A stretch of DNA of 63,097 nucleotides, the filler included, from Octopus bimaculoides (lineage: Eukaryota): NCBI RefSeq assembly GCF_001194135.2. It is 4 parts of 4 records of this genome, joined end to end, with 100 filler letters (N's around TTAATTAATTAA, not from the genome) between each part and the next. Parts side by side here need not be neighbours in the genome. Positions count along the whole stretch, not along the records: positions 1 to 28,923 come from NC_068990.1; positions 29,024 to 55,348 come from NC_068985.1; 2 more parts are not named here. One strand, 5' to 3'. Both the position numbers and the translations under genes were made by a program. Below are positions 25,320 through 36,449 of the stretch, piece after piece. How positions within the stretch are numbered: position 1 is the stretch's first letter; the number at the start of each line of letters is the position of its first letter. The notes under the pieces were generated by a model, which saw only the letters and a program-made list of their open reading frames with translations, searched no databases and had not been told where the DNA came from.

Positions 25320-26354
25320 ACTCTTTTACATGTTTCAGTCATTTGACTGTGGCCATGCTGGAGCACCGTCTTTAGTCGAGAAAATCGACCCCAGGACTTA
25401 TTCTTTGCAAGCCTAATACTTATTCTATCGGGTCTCTTTTTGTCGAACCGCTAAGTTACGGGGACGTAAACACATCAGCATCGGTTGTCAAGCGATGGTG
25501 CGGGAACACACAGACACACACACACATAGATATATATATATATATATATATANNNNNNNNNNNNNNNNNNNNNNNNNNNNNNNNNNNNNNNNNNNNNNNN
25601 NNNNNNNNNNNNNNNNNNNNNNNNNNNNNNNNNNNNNNNNNNNNNNNNNNNNNNNNNNNNNNNNNNNNNNNNNNNNNNNNNNNNNNNNNNNNNNNNNNNN
25701 NNNNNNNNNNNNNNNNNNNNNNNNNNNNNNNNNNNNNNNNNNNNNNNNNNNNNNNNNNNNNNNNNNNNNNNNNNNNNNNNNNNNNNNNNNNNNNNNNNNN
25801 NNNNNNNNNNNNNNNNNNNNNNNNNNNNNNNNNNNNNNNNNNNNNNNNNNNNNNNNNNNNNNNNNNNNNNNNNNNNNNNNNNNNNNNNNNNNNNNNNNNN
25901 NNNNNNNNNNNNNNNNNNNNNNNNNNNNNNNNNNNNNNNNNNNNNNNNNNNNNNNNNNNNNNNNNNNNNNNNNNNNNNNNNNNNNNNNNNNNNNNNNNNN
26001 NNNNNNNNNNNNNNNNNNNNNNNNNNNNNNNNNNNNNNNNNNNNNNNNNNNNNNNNNNNNNNNNNNNNNNNNNNNNNNNNNNNNNNNNNNNNNNNNNNNN
26101 NNNNNNNNNNNNNNNNNNNNNNNNNNNNNNNNNNNNNNNNNNNNNNNNNNNNNNNNNNNNNNNNNNNNNNNNNNNNNNNNNNNNNNNNNNNNNNNNNNNN
26201 NNNNNNNNNNNNNNNNNNNNNNNNNNNNNNNNNNNNNNNNNNNNNNNNNNNNNNNNNNNNNNNNNNNNNNNNNNNNNNNNNNNNNNNNNNNNNNNNNNNN
26301 NNNNNNNNNNNNNNNNNNNNNNNNNNNNNNNNNNNNNNNNNNNNNNNNNNNNNN

Positions 26355-26388
<34 letters not shown>

Positions 26389-26555
26389 GACGGGCTTCTT
26401 TCAGTTTCCGTCTACCAAATCCACGCACAAGGCTTTCGTCGGCCTGAGGCTGTAGTACAAGACACTTGCCCAAGGTGCCACGCAGTGGGACTGAACCCGG
26501 AACCATGTGGTTGGTTGGTAAGCAAGCTACTTACCACTTAGCCACTCCTGCGCCT
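25320..26555 (-). mobile_element. SINE family A; central microsatellite spans a gap
   Basis: Tail half at 25320-25550 and head half at 26385-26555 flank the N run. Confidence 0.8.
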
Positions 26556-27090
26556 GTTGTTCTCAAAGTTTTCTATTTTTTATTAATTTCGTTTCCATTG
26601 TTTTACAAATTTGGTGTACTAATTTAGTTTTGTATGCTTATTATGAAAATGAAATTCATTTTTGCTATAAATTAATAAGTAAAAAGTTAATAGCTTTTAA
26701 AGGTTGCAAATTTTGGGTAATTTTAGTTTATCAAAAGTCACAGACACATTGGTGCCTGCATCCATAGTAACAAGCGAAGTTGTAGTCTGTTTAAACCACC
26801 GTCATGTGTATTTTCTCTACAGGTGCATTTTCTCTACAGGTGCATTTTCTTTTTAAATCGTTTGCATGCTTGTTCGACCGTTTCACATGACTTTATTCTT
26901 TAAAATTTATTAAGACTTACAAGTGAACTTGTAGTCTGCTGTCTGACCCACCATCACCACAACGCGTGTGATTTTTAGTCTGTGTAAGTTTTTTGACGAT
27001 GAGTCAATCCATTAACCTTACCCCTAAACCCAAAACCATAGCCTTAACCCAAACCTTAATCCTAACCTTTACCCTGAACACGAATATAAA

Positions 27091-27490
27091 AGGTGTGGCT
27101 GTGTGGTAAATAGCTTGCTTACCAACCACATGGTTATGGGTTCAGTCCCACTTCGTGGAACTTTGGGCAAGTGTCTTCTACTATAGCCTCGGGCCGACCA
27201 AAGCCTTGTGAGTGGATTTGGTAGACGGAAACTGAAAGAAGCCCGTCGTATATATGTATATATATAAATATATATATGTATGTGTGTTTGTGTGTCTGTG
27301 TTTGTCCCCCCACCATCACTTGACAACCGATGCTGGTGTGTTTACGCCCCCGTAACTTAGCGGTTCGGAGAAAGACCGATAGAATAAGTACTAGGCTTCC
27401 AAAGAATAAGTCCTGGGGTCGATTTGTTCGACGAAAGGCGGTGCTCCAGCATGGCCGCTGTCAAATGACTGAAACAAGTAAAAGAGTATA
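27091..27490 (+). mobile_element. SINE family A, full-length
   Basis: As other copies. Confidence 0.88.
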
Positions 27491-28923
27491 CCTTTCCAGC
27501 CATTTCACAAGAATTTATTCATTAGAATATCAAAACTTATTACAACTTTCGTGGTCGTAATATTTCGCTTTCATTTGGTTAATTAATTCTTCGTCGTCAT
27601 AATATTCTTGCTTTAAATTTGTGAAACAGCTCTCATGCAGAAAATGCTAGTATCTAAATCCTGTTTTGTGAGTGGGTAAAAATGATCAAACTTTAAACCG
27701 CTGAAGCATTTTTCTGAATATAAATGAATAACAAAATTGGATTCAGCATGAAAAGATACACCAAGATACCAAATTTGAAAAATTTCCCTTTATTTTAAAA
27801 TTAAAATCTGACAGTAGCAGAAAAAGACCTGTGAAAGACAAGGCCAACCTCAGCGAGATTTGAACTCACGACTTAAAGAGTCGAAAGAAATGCCGCTAAG
27901 CATTTTGTCTGACGTGCTACTGATGTTGCCAGTTCGCTAGTTTTCCTATGTGATCTTCTAGTAGGAGCAAACATTTGTGCATTTTGTTAATATTTCCAAC
28001 ATTCTCTATTTGTTTATATATTTCGCTGGAAATTCCAGTTTTCACCATGTTCTATATCATTCGTCTTCGTTTCATCATTGTCTTTTGTGGGCGCTAATAG
28101 CAGTATTGCACAATTTTTTTTTTTTTTTTTTGGTAGATTCAGACTGTCTTGACTCATTCCAAAAGACGAAAAATCAGGCTTGCTTTAATTAAACAAGCTC
28201 CGCTTTTTAATGAATAACTAATCATATATTGTCATCTAATACATAGTATTGCTTTCTCTGTTCGCCTTCACAACTGTGCCTCTACTTCGGCCTTCTTTTC
28301 TTGTAACCTCCAGAACTATTTTCTTTCTATTTACTCTTTTACTTGTTTCAGTCGTTTGACTGCGGCAATGCCGAAGCACCCGCCTTAAAGAGTTTTAGTC
28401 GAACAAATCGACCCCAGGACTTTTTTTTTAAAGCCTAGTACTTGTTCTGTCGGTCTCTTTTGCACAAAGACACACATAACGTAGCGGTTCGGCAAAACAG
28501 AACCGATAGAATAAGTACTGGGCTTTAAAAAAAATAACTCCTTGTGTCCATTTGTTCGACTAAAGACCCTTCAAGGCGGTGCCCCAGCATGGCCGCAGTC
28601 AAATGGCTGAAACAAGTTAAAGATATATACACACACAACGGGCTTCTTCCAGTTTCCGTCTAGCACATCCATCCACAAGGCTTTGGTCAGCCTGGGGCTA
28701 TATTAAAAGACACTTGCCCAAGGTACTGCGCAGTGGGACTGAACCCGGAATTGTGGAGTTAGGAAGCAAGCTTCTTAACACGCAGCCACGCCTATATCAA
28801 CAATGGAATATTGAGGAAATGTGTCAACCATATTATTTATTTACAAATTATATATAAGATTTTTAAAATTGTCAATTTTTATTATATTCATTATATATAT
28901 TGTTTCCAGTATAAAATAATATT

Positions 28924-29023
28924 NNNNNNNNNNNNNNNNNNNNNNNNNNNNNNNNNNNNNNNNNNNNTTAATTAATTAANNNNNNNNNNNNNNNNNNNNN
29001 NNNNNNNNNNNNNNNNNNNNNNN
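28924..29023. other. Artificial scaffold-joining spacer
   Basis: 44 N + TTAATTAATTAA (28968-28979; stops in all six frames) + 44 N = 100 bp. Confidence 0.97.
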
Positions 29024-31429
29024 TTACTAGCGTGCTAATTCTGTCTCTGAAAAACCTGTCTCGTCGGGAAAGACGCCTTCAGTTTCCAGTAACATTGGCC
29101 CTGCCTATGTGCCTTATCTAAGTCTAGCGTACACGTCACGAGTTTGTGATCTGTGTATCTGACTATGTGGAATTGTGGACATCCTAAGCTATCCCTATCT
29201 ACTGTCCTACACAGTATTTTATCTAGATACGATCTCGACGACCCAATGCGGTTGCTCCATGTCCACGTTGGCGCATTTGGGTGGTCGAATCGGTACCTGT
29301 CAGACAGTTGAAAGCGTCTGAGCAGGTCTCTGAGGCATTTGCATCCCCGTCTATTCCTATCTCTGCCCATGTAATCTAGATGCGTGTCCAAGGTAGCATT
29401 CCAATCTCTCGCTAAAAGTAAAGGACTAGACGTTCCTAGGAATACTTCTAGACGTCGAAAGAAATCCGGCCGACCTGTTAGAGGTGGTGCATAGACTGAC
29501 AGGAATCGAAAAGCACACCCATCGCTGCCATCGACATCCAAGACAATCAGTCTGTCCTCCGGGTCTACGAATATTGTCTTGACTTCGAGATCCAGACTCT
29601 TGCGAAAAAGTATCACATTGCCACTGCCGCCCATTCTTAGCAGACAGAGAGAAAGATAAATGTTAAACTGTCCGCCAAACATGGACTTACGGCCCGTGGC
29701 TCATGGAGTCTGGTCTCACTTATGGCTATAATTCCTAACTCGTGTGACTTTATGTCACTTAAGAGATACCCTTGTTTCCAAGGGGACCCCAAACCACGCG
29801 CATTCACACAACCAAACTTGATCATGATCCTAATGAGTTGTGTTTTAAAACACAAACGAAAGGAACAGAGAGTTACTTACCGTTCGAAATTTTTGTTCCC
29901 TCCTTTGATTTTTCATCAAGGAGGTTGCTGTACAGTATTTTTGACATCCCTTACCGCATTGGGGTAGAGGGATTTTAGTGCGTGGTACAGTGTCGATGTT
30001 ACGTGCAAAATTTTGATGTGTTTTGATGGTGTTGTGTGTGGGTGGTTGCTTGTTTTTATGTCATCTGTTAGGTTTGTTTTTAGTGTTTATAGCTATGAGC
30101 ATCGTTTTCGTGGTGTTGGTGTTGTTTGTGTTAGAGTTCGAAATGTCTTCGGGAGTTGTGTATCTCCCTGCTTTGTTACTGTTTGCTTTTGTTCTTTTTT
30201 TTGCTTCTCTTCCTCCTTCCTTTTCTGGCTATTTGCCATTCCTTAGTGCATTCGTCTTCCAACGAAATTTCTGAGGAGTCGGAAGGAGGTAAGGGCGTTT
30301 TGTAAGCTTCTATGTGTGTTTGTGTAAGTGGTTGTGTTGTTGTTTTTGTTGGTGTTGGTTGTTGATTGTTTGTGTGAGATGTATGTGATATAGGGGAGGA
30401 GGAATTAGTTTTAGTATCTTCTGTTGGTTTTCCGGTGCCTTTAGTTCTTGCTGTTATTGGTGGTGGTATTTTTTCAGCTGTTGTTTTATTTTCGATTGTT
30501 GATGGGTTTGGTTGGTATGCTTCTTCTGTCGTCTTCTGTGTTGATGGTGGTGTGGGTAGTAACGCTTTTTCTCAGTGTATTGGTTGTGGTGGTGGTTGTT
30601 GTTGTTTCTCTTGTTGTGCGGCAGTTGGACATTTCTTTTTTAAATGTGTTTCGCTGCACAGAGCGTGGCCACCTACCCTCTACCACTACATAAGTCTGTA
30701 TTCTTCTGTCAATTCTATAGAGGTGGGTATCTTGTCTATTGATAATTGATCGATTTGCATAAGTATTTGAAGTGTCTTTCCGACCCAGTTTTGCTGTTCT
30801 AAAACAGCAATTTCTAGAATGTTAGTCTCTGCCATTTCAAAGCAGATAGCAGATAGCAGATACTAGCCATTGTGCTTCTACTTCTGGTGGGACATTTTTT
30901 ATTGTGACTTTCGTCACTCTCTGGCCTAAGTATGTTGGTATCATCACCAACTCATCCGTGTGGAGAGTCAGTATTGAAAACTGTTTGGCCAGATTTTCGT
31001 CCTGAAACCGGACTTGGACAGTGCCGTATTTGTGCCACTAGTTTATATATGCCTTATGTAGCCAAACAGGGCGAAGGCATTTTTCTATTTTTTTCTTGTG
31101 GTACATTTTCCGGTCGTCTTGTTTTCGTATTGATAATTTTATATGATTGTCCTTTTTTGTGTTTTCTATGATGTTTTGGAATGTGGAAATGTAAATTACC
31201 TCTTTCTTTGTTAAGAAGCGTCTTTGTGTTGTTTATTTCTTCTGCAGTGAATTTCACGAGTGTTCTTTTTTGTTTTATAGCTTCGGTGAAATTTGTTTTG
31301 TCCTTGGTGGTGGTGGTGGTGGTGGTAGTGTTGGTAGTGTCGGTAGCAGAGGTGTTAGTTGTAGTAGTGGTGTTGATGTTGGTGGAGGTCATGGTGGACG
31401 GCTTTGTGATGATTTCGTTGTTGTTGTTG

Positions 31430-31461
<32 letters not shown>

Positions 31462-31790
31462 GACAGGGCTGTTAACGATGGTGGTTGCAGTATCAATGAC
31501 GTTGACAGCGTTCACTTTCACGTCTCTCAGATTTGCCTTTGAGTTATTTGTATTTTGCATATCTGAAGTGGTATTTGAGTGTGTGTGCGTGCAGGAGTTA
31601 TTCTTTTTTTTCTCCTAGTGTTTCAAGGCTAGGGAAATGCTGGTCCATGAACGAATTTGACTAGCGTTCCACTATGAAATTTCTCGACATCTTTCGAAGT
31701 CGAGAAGAAAAGTTGAAATTTAAATAGGGTTGAAACTGCTCCTAGGGGCCAATTCCTCCCTTGAGAACACACTCAAACGAAAGTTGGGTG
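29024..31790 (-). mobile_element. Tx1/L1-clade LINE, 5' half (decayed ORF1 plus APE endonuclease), cut by the scaffold end
   Basis: ORF1 from ATG 31560: T/N-rich, then GQRVTKVTIKNVPPEVEAQWLV and a degenerate knuckle C..ETHLKKKC. ORF2 from ATG 29825: MIKFGCVNARGL..ISETR, then SVYAP, DWNA, TWTW, SYLDKIL, YTDHKLV, YWKL. Frameshifts present. Confidence 0.9.
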
Positions 31791-31891
31791 CTTCACACAC
31801 CTTGTGTGCAAAAATTGAAATAAATGTGTGCAATAAAAGGTCGAAAAAAAAAAGCGATTACCTGCGGAACCGATGCGACAACACGTCAGTC

Positions 31892-31924
<33 letters not shown>

Positions 31925-31926
31925 GC

Positions 31927-32002
<76 letters not shown>

Positions 32003-32419
32003 GGATAGATAGATAGATAAGCAACATTTCTTTTTGCAATTTCCATATTTTCAATAGCTTTATCATATATCGTCGAAAACGAAAAGTCTTCCAGCGTTTT
32101 CTCTATGAGAATGGCTTCATTCTCTTTCAATGTTATTCTCTATTCATTCCCTTCTTTCTCTCTAAATCTCCATGTATCTTCTCCTGCCCTCCCCTCTCTT
32201 TACTCTATGTCTTCTTGCCTGTAACCGTCTTCCTGCGTTTACTTTCTTTCAGTCACCACTCACCGTGTCTCTAATTCTCTGTCTTTTTCTCTCACTTCCT
32301 CTCTGTCTCTCCCCTCTCTCCCGCTTTGTCACTCACTTCAACTATACCTCTCCTGCTTAACACGTTTTATTTCTCTTTTTCTTTGTACCCGTCCCTCAAC
32401 CATTTACCTCTTCCTTTAA

Positions 32420-33771
32420 AGTAACACATACCACATGTACGTACAAACACCAAACAAAAAAACTTAGCGTATTAATATTATTATTATTATTATTTTCATC
32501 ACTAAGACCACCAGACTGATTATTTTGTTTATAACATTTTTTGCTAACATTGTCTATAGGGCTTTCCTATAAGGTGTTATCCACCCCTGATTGGAACTCT
32601 CCCGTATGACATGTACGCATGCTCAGTGACTTGCTTTAACAGTTGCAATCAGCTGAATGCACATTGCCAGTGACATTTGACATAATTACCCACACTCTGT
32701 GGTCAGGATTCTTTTTTTGGTTTGATGTCGGTATCGAAGGGATTACCAGACACCGGACAATACAGTGAAAGCAGCTTTCACTCACATCGTGGTATTCGAT
32801 GCTGTGTACGTGTCTGTCGTGGTAAAATATGCCACTCCTTAACTGTTGCTTTGCTTTCATCCGTAGCACGAGGTAATTATGTCATTATCTGTGAAATTCG
32901 GCAACTTACAAAGATCTTTAGATCNNNNNNNNNNNNNNNNNNNNNNNNNNNNNNNNNNNNNNNNNNNNNNNNNNNNNNNNNNNNNNNNNNNNNNNNNNNN
33001 NNNNNNNNNNNNNNNNNNNNNNNNNNNNNNNNNNNNNNNNNNNNNNNNNNNNNNNNNNNNNNNNNNNNNNNNNNNNNNNNNNNNNNNNNNNNNNNNNNNN
33101 NNNNNNNNNNNNNNNNNNNNNNNNNNNNNNNNNNNNNNNNNNNNNNNNNNNNNNNNNNNNNNNNNNNNNNNNNNNNNNNNNNNNNNNNNNNNNNNNNNNN
33201 NNNNNNNNNNNNNNNNNNNNNNNNNNNNNNNNNNNNNNNNNNNNNNNNNNNNNNNNNNNNNNNNNNNNNNNNNNNNNNNNNNNNNNNNNNNNNNNNNNNN
33301 NNNNNNNNNNNNNNNNNNNNNNNNNNNNNNNNNNNNNNNNNNNNNNNNNNNNNNNNNNNNNNNNNNNNNNNNNNNNNNNNNNNNNNNNNNNNNNNNNNNN
33401 NNNNNNNNNNNNNNNNNNNNNNNNNNNNNNNNNNNNNNNNNNNNNNNNNNNNNNNNNNNNNNNNNNNNNNNNNNNNNNNNNNNNNNNNNNNNNNNNNNNN
33501 NNNNNNNNNNNNNNNNNNNNNNNNNNNNNNNNNNNNNNNNNNNNNNNNNNNNNNNNNNNNNNAGTTTTCATTCACAAAATATACATTTTTTTTAAAAGAC
33601 AGTAAAAAAATCTGAAAATCGACTATAATAATGTAGCCTTACAGTCTCATTGCTTTGAAGGTATGATGCTGTAGAGAAAAAAGTTACAGAGGGTTAAAAA
33701 TCGAAAAACTCTGCATATTTTTAGTCAATAACGAGACAGAAATTTTCCGTGTTTAGCGAGCGGTGTCAACT
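32420..33771 (-). mobile_element. Possible Kolobok-like DNA transposon relic with SWIM zinc-finger remnant
   Basis: TTAA flanks (32416-32419, 33772-33775); short imperfect ends AGTAACAC / GTGTCAACT; minus-strand ...PSIPTSNQKKNPDHRVWVIMSNVTGNVHSADCNC, then after a frameshift KASH*ACVHV (CxC..CxH). Confidence 0.45.
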
Positions 33772-34534
33772 TTAAGATTGTACCCTGTGAAATTTAGAAT
33801 TTACCGTCTGACCTGTTCATTGTAGGTTTCTAAATAAACAGAAATACCTAATAAAATCAACATGTATCATCTTACTGTTTCTTTTGTTTCTTCATTGATT
33901 GTATAGTTTTATTATTTTTTTAAATTTGTAATATTAATATATTTGTCTGCATGTGTTTACTTTATGCGTATTTCAGTTATGATTACCTATCATGTATTTG
34001 TGTATATCATAGATAGGGGGAGTCTGTCTCAAAAACTTCAAAGTTGAGTAAAGTTTTCATGCTTGGATTTGTAAACTACGATAAGAATGATATTGGTTAA
34101 CAAAGAATTTGTCCGAAGAAAAAGAATACTTGTATCTTGTATGTTTTTGCGAAATGTTCTTAATTAGCAACGCACCTTTTATTATTAATGCTGAATTATT
34201 GATTATATTTACACTAATTAATGTTGGGAGAAATCAACTTAATTTGCAATAAAAAGACTTTTAAAAAATGAAGGTAATAAGAAATGTTTTAAGAACCCAA
34301 ATGTTAAAACAGTCGATATTATGTTGGAAGAAATACACACATCCACACACACACACACACACACACACGCACATACACACACATTTGCTTCCAAACTTAA
34401 TTCTCGGTGGGTGGGAAAAATCGTTTTGAATCGAAGAAGGAAAAAGTGGAGAGGAGAGGTCACTCTTGGGTTTATTTGATTTTGACACACGCACGATAAA
34501 GAAAATAATATTTCAACAACTTATAAATATTTTC

Positions 34535-34599
<65 letters not shown>

Positions 34600-34789
34600 T
34601 TAGGGACAAAATCCAAAATTACAGGTAAAAACTCAATTAAAATCATCGATGAAAATCAGTGGATTTCCATCGATGAGTTCTTGAAACTTGGTTCTTTTCC
34701 CTATATNNNNNNNNNNNNNNNNNNNNNNNNNNNNNNNNNNNNNNNNNNNNNNNNNNNNNNNNNNNNNNNNNNNNNNNNNNNNNNNNNNN

Positions 34790-35120
34790 GAGTATATGAA
34801 ATACAAAAACATAGAAACGAATTTTTTTTTTGCGAACCACGAAAGAAACAAATAGAAAGGTGAGACAGGCAACATCAATCGCTACATCAGTTGTCCACTG
34901 TTATATCTACTCGCATTTCGAACGTTAGGACAAAAGGCGAAGTATTTAAGACAGTGGACAACTGATGAAGGGATTGTTCTTTATGTTGCCGGTCTCGCTT
35001 TTTTTATTTGTTTCTTTCGTGGTTCGCAAAAGAGTTCGTTTTCCATGTTTTTGTATTTCATGTTCTCGTGTTTCATGTTGTTCACATTTTTTGACGTCCT
35101 GTACCCATATATGCATATGT
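34790..35120. mobile_element. Penelope-associated family 2 foldback
   Basis: Inverted arms at about 34790-34901 and 34951-35060, containing CAACTGATGAAGGG. Confidence 0.55.
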
Positions 35121-35229
35121 ATATACATATACATGTATGTAGACGTATGTATGTATATATGCTTATATATATATATATTATTTATATTATCATATGATTG
35201 AACGCCACGCATCCATTTCCAAGTAAGTT

Positions 35230-35327
<98 letters not shown>

Positions 35328-35530
35328 TTATGGTCAGACGATAGACACATCGGCTCCGTGTAAGTTTGCCTTAAAAAGTTGTTTTTGGATTATATTTTTT
35401 ATGTAAAAGTTATGCAACAACTGATACATTCGGTTGTACAATTTGTTTGCCCGGGAAATCTGCCCTGTGTGGCGAATTTCCCGATTTTGTAAAATAGTTT
35501 TCGGCTTTCTTAGCCATATTTGTTTTGAGG

Positions 35531-35688
35531 ATGGCGTCTTCAAGTCATGCAGACGATCTCATAACGAACGCCGGTCTGTTTGGCAACTCTTTCGACGTTG
35601 ATTTCCCTACACTGCCTTCACCAGAGGTTCATGAAGGAGGGAAGAAGCGGAGAAGTATCACTACAACAGACGCCTCTGCCACCACCAC
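35531..35688 (+). other. Candidate coding start running into a gap (LINE ORF1 or host first exon)
   Basis: GAGGATGG strong Kozak context; MASSSHADDLITNAGLFGNSFDVDFPTLPSPEVHEGGKKRRSITTT. Confidence 0.3.
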
Positions 35689-35997
35689 NNNNNNNNNNNN
35701 NNNNNNNNNNNNNNNNNNNNNNNNNNNNNNNNNNNNNNNNNNNNNNNNNNNNNNNNNNNNNNNNNNNNNNNNNNNNNNNNNNNNNNNNNNNNNNNNNNNN
35801 NNNNNNNNNNNNNNNNNNNNNNNNNNNNNNNNNNNNNNNNNNNNNNNNNNNNNNNNNNNNNNNNNNNNNNNNNNNNNNNNNNNNNNNNNNNNNNNNNNNN
35901 NNNNNNNNNNNNNNNNNNNNNNNNNNNNNNNNNNNNNNNNNNNNNNNNNNNNNNNNNNNNNNNNNNNNNNNNNNNNNCTGATATGGGCTTTCAAAAA

Positions 35998-36449
35998 GGA
36001 TCTTTTCCTTTTGGCCGGCACATAGAAAAATAATTTTTTGTAACTAAACACTTTCAAATTTTGTATACTGGTAGAATGTATCATTTAAAACATCATTTAC
36101 TCTCGGCGTTTTTAAGAAAATTCATTATTTTCAAAGTTATTTCGTGTTAAAGTTGTCGTATTTCGGTAATTTCAACCAATCAATGACGTCTATTGAGGTG
36201 AAAACAATTACTGCTGTGGTTTGTCAACAAGACGTTTTGGCGGTGTAATGGGGTCTTTTCCCTTCAATAAAATTACTACCGTTGTTTATCAACAACAACT
36301 ATCGGCGGTATATATATTTCGTTTGTCACTGTTATTTATGACATCGTGCGTTTGTACTGGTTTTAGCTTTAGGGTTTTAGGGTTAGGGTTCGGGTTTTAG
36401 AGTTAGGGTAAGGGTTTTAAGGTCAGGGTTAGGGTTTTAGGGTTAGGGA
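35998..36449 (+). mobile_element. Relative of the telomeric-repeat MITE, left half
   Basis: GGATCTTTTCC start; body similar to 4191-4430; degenerate TTAGGG/TTTTAGGG tract at about 36360-36449. Confidence 0.7.

Larger units (their letters stand above)
22740..28320. repeat. Locally multiplied non-coding unit (at least 3 partial copies) with copy-specific TE insertions
   Basis: Shared blocks at 22740/26752, 22861/27490, 23220/24700/27620, 23313/24577/25082/28260, 23471/27914 and 24473/24968/28148. Confidence 0.85.
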
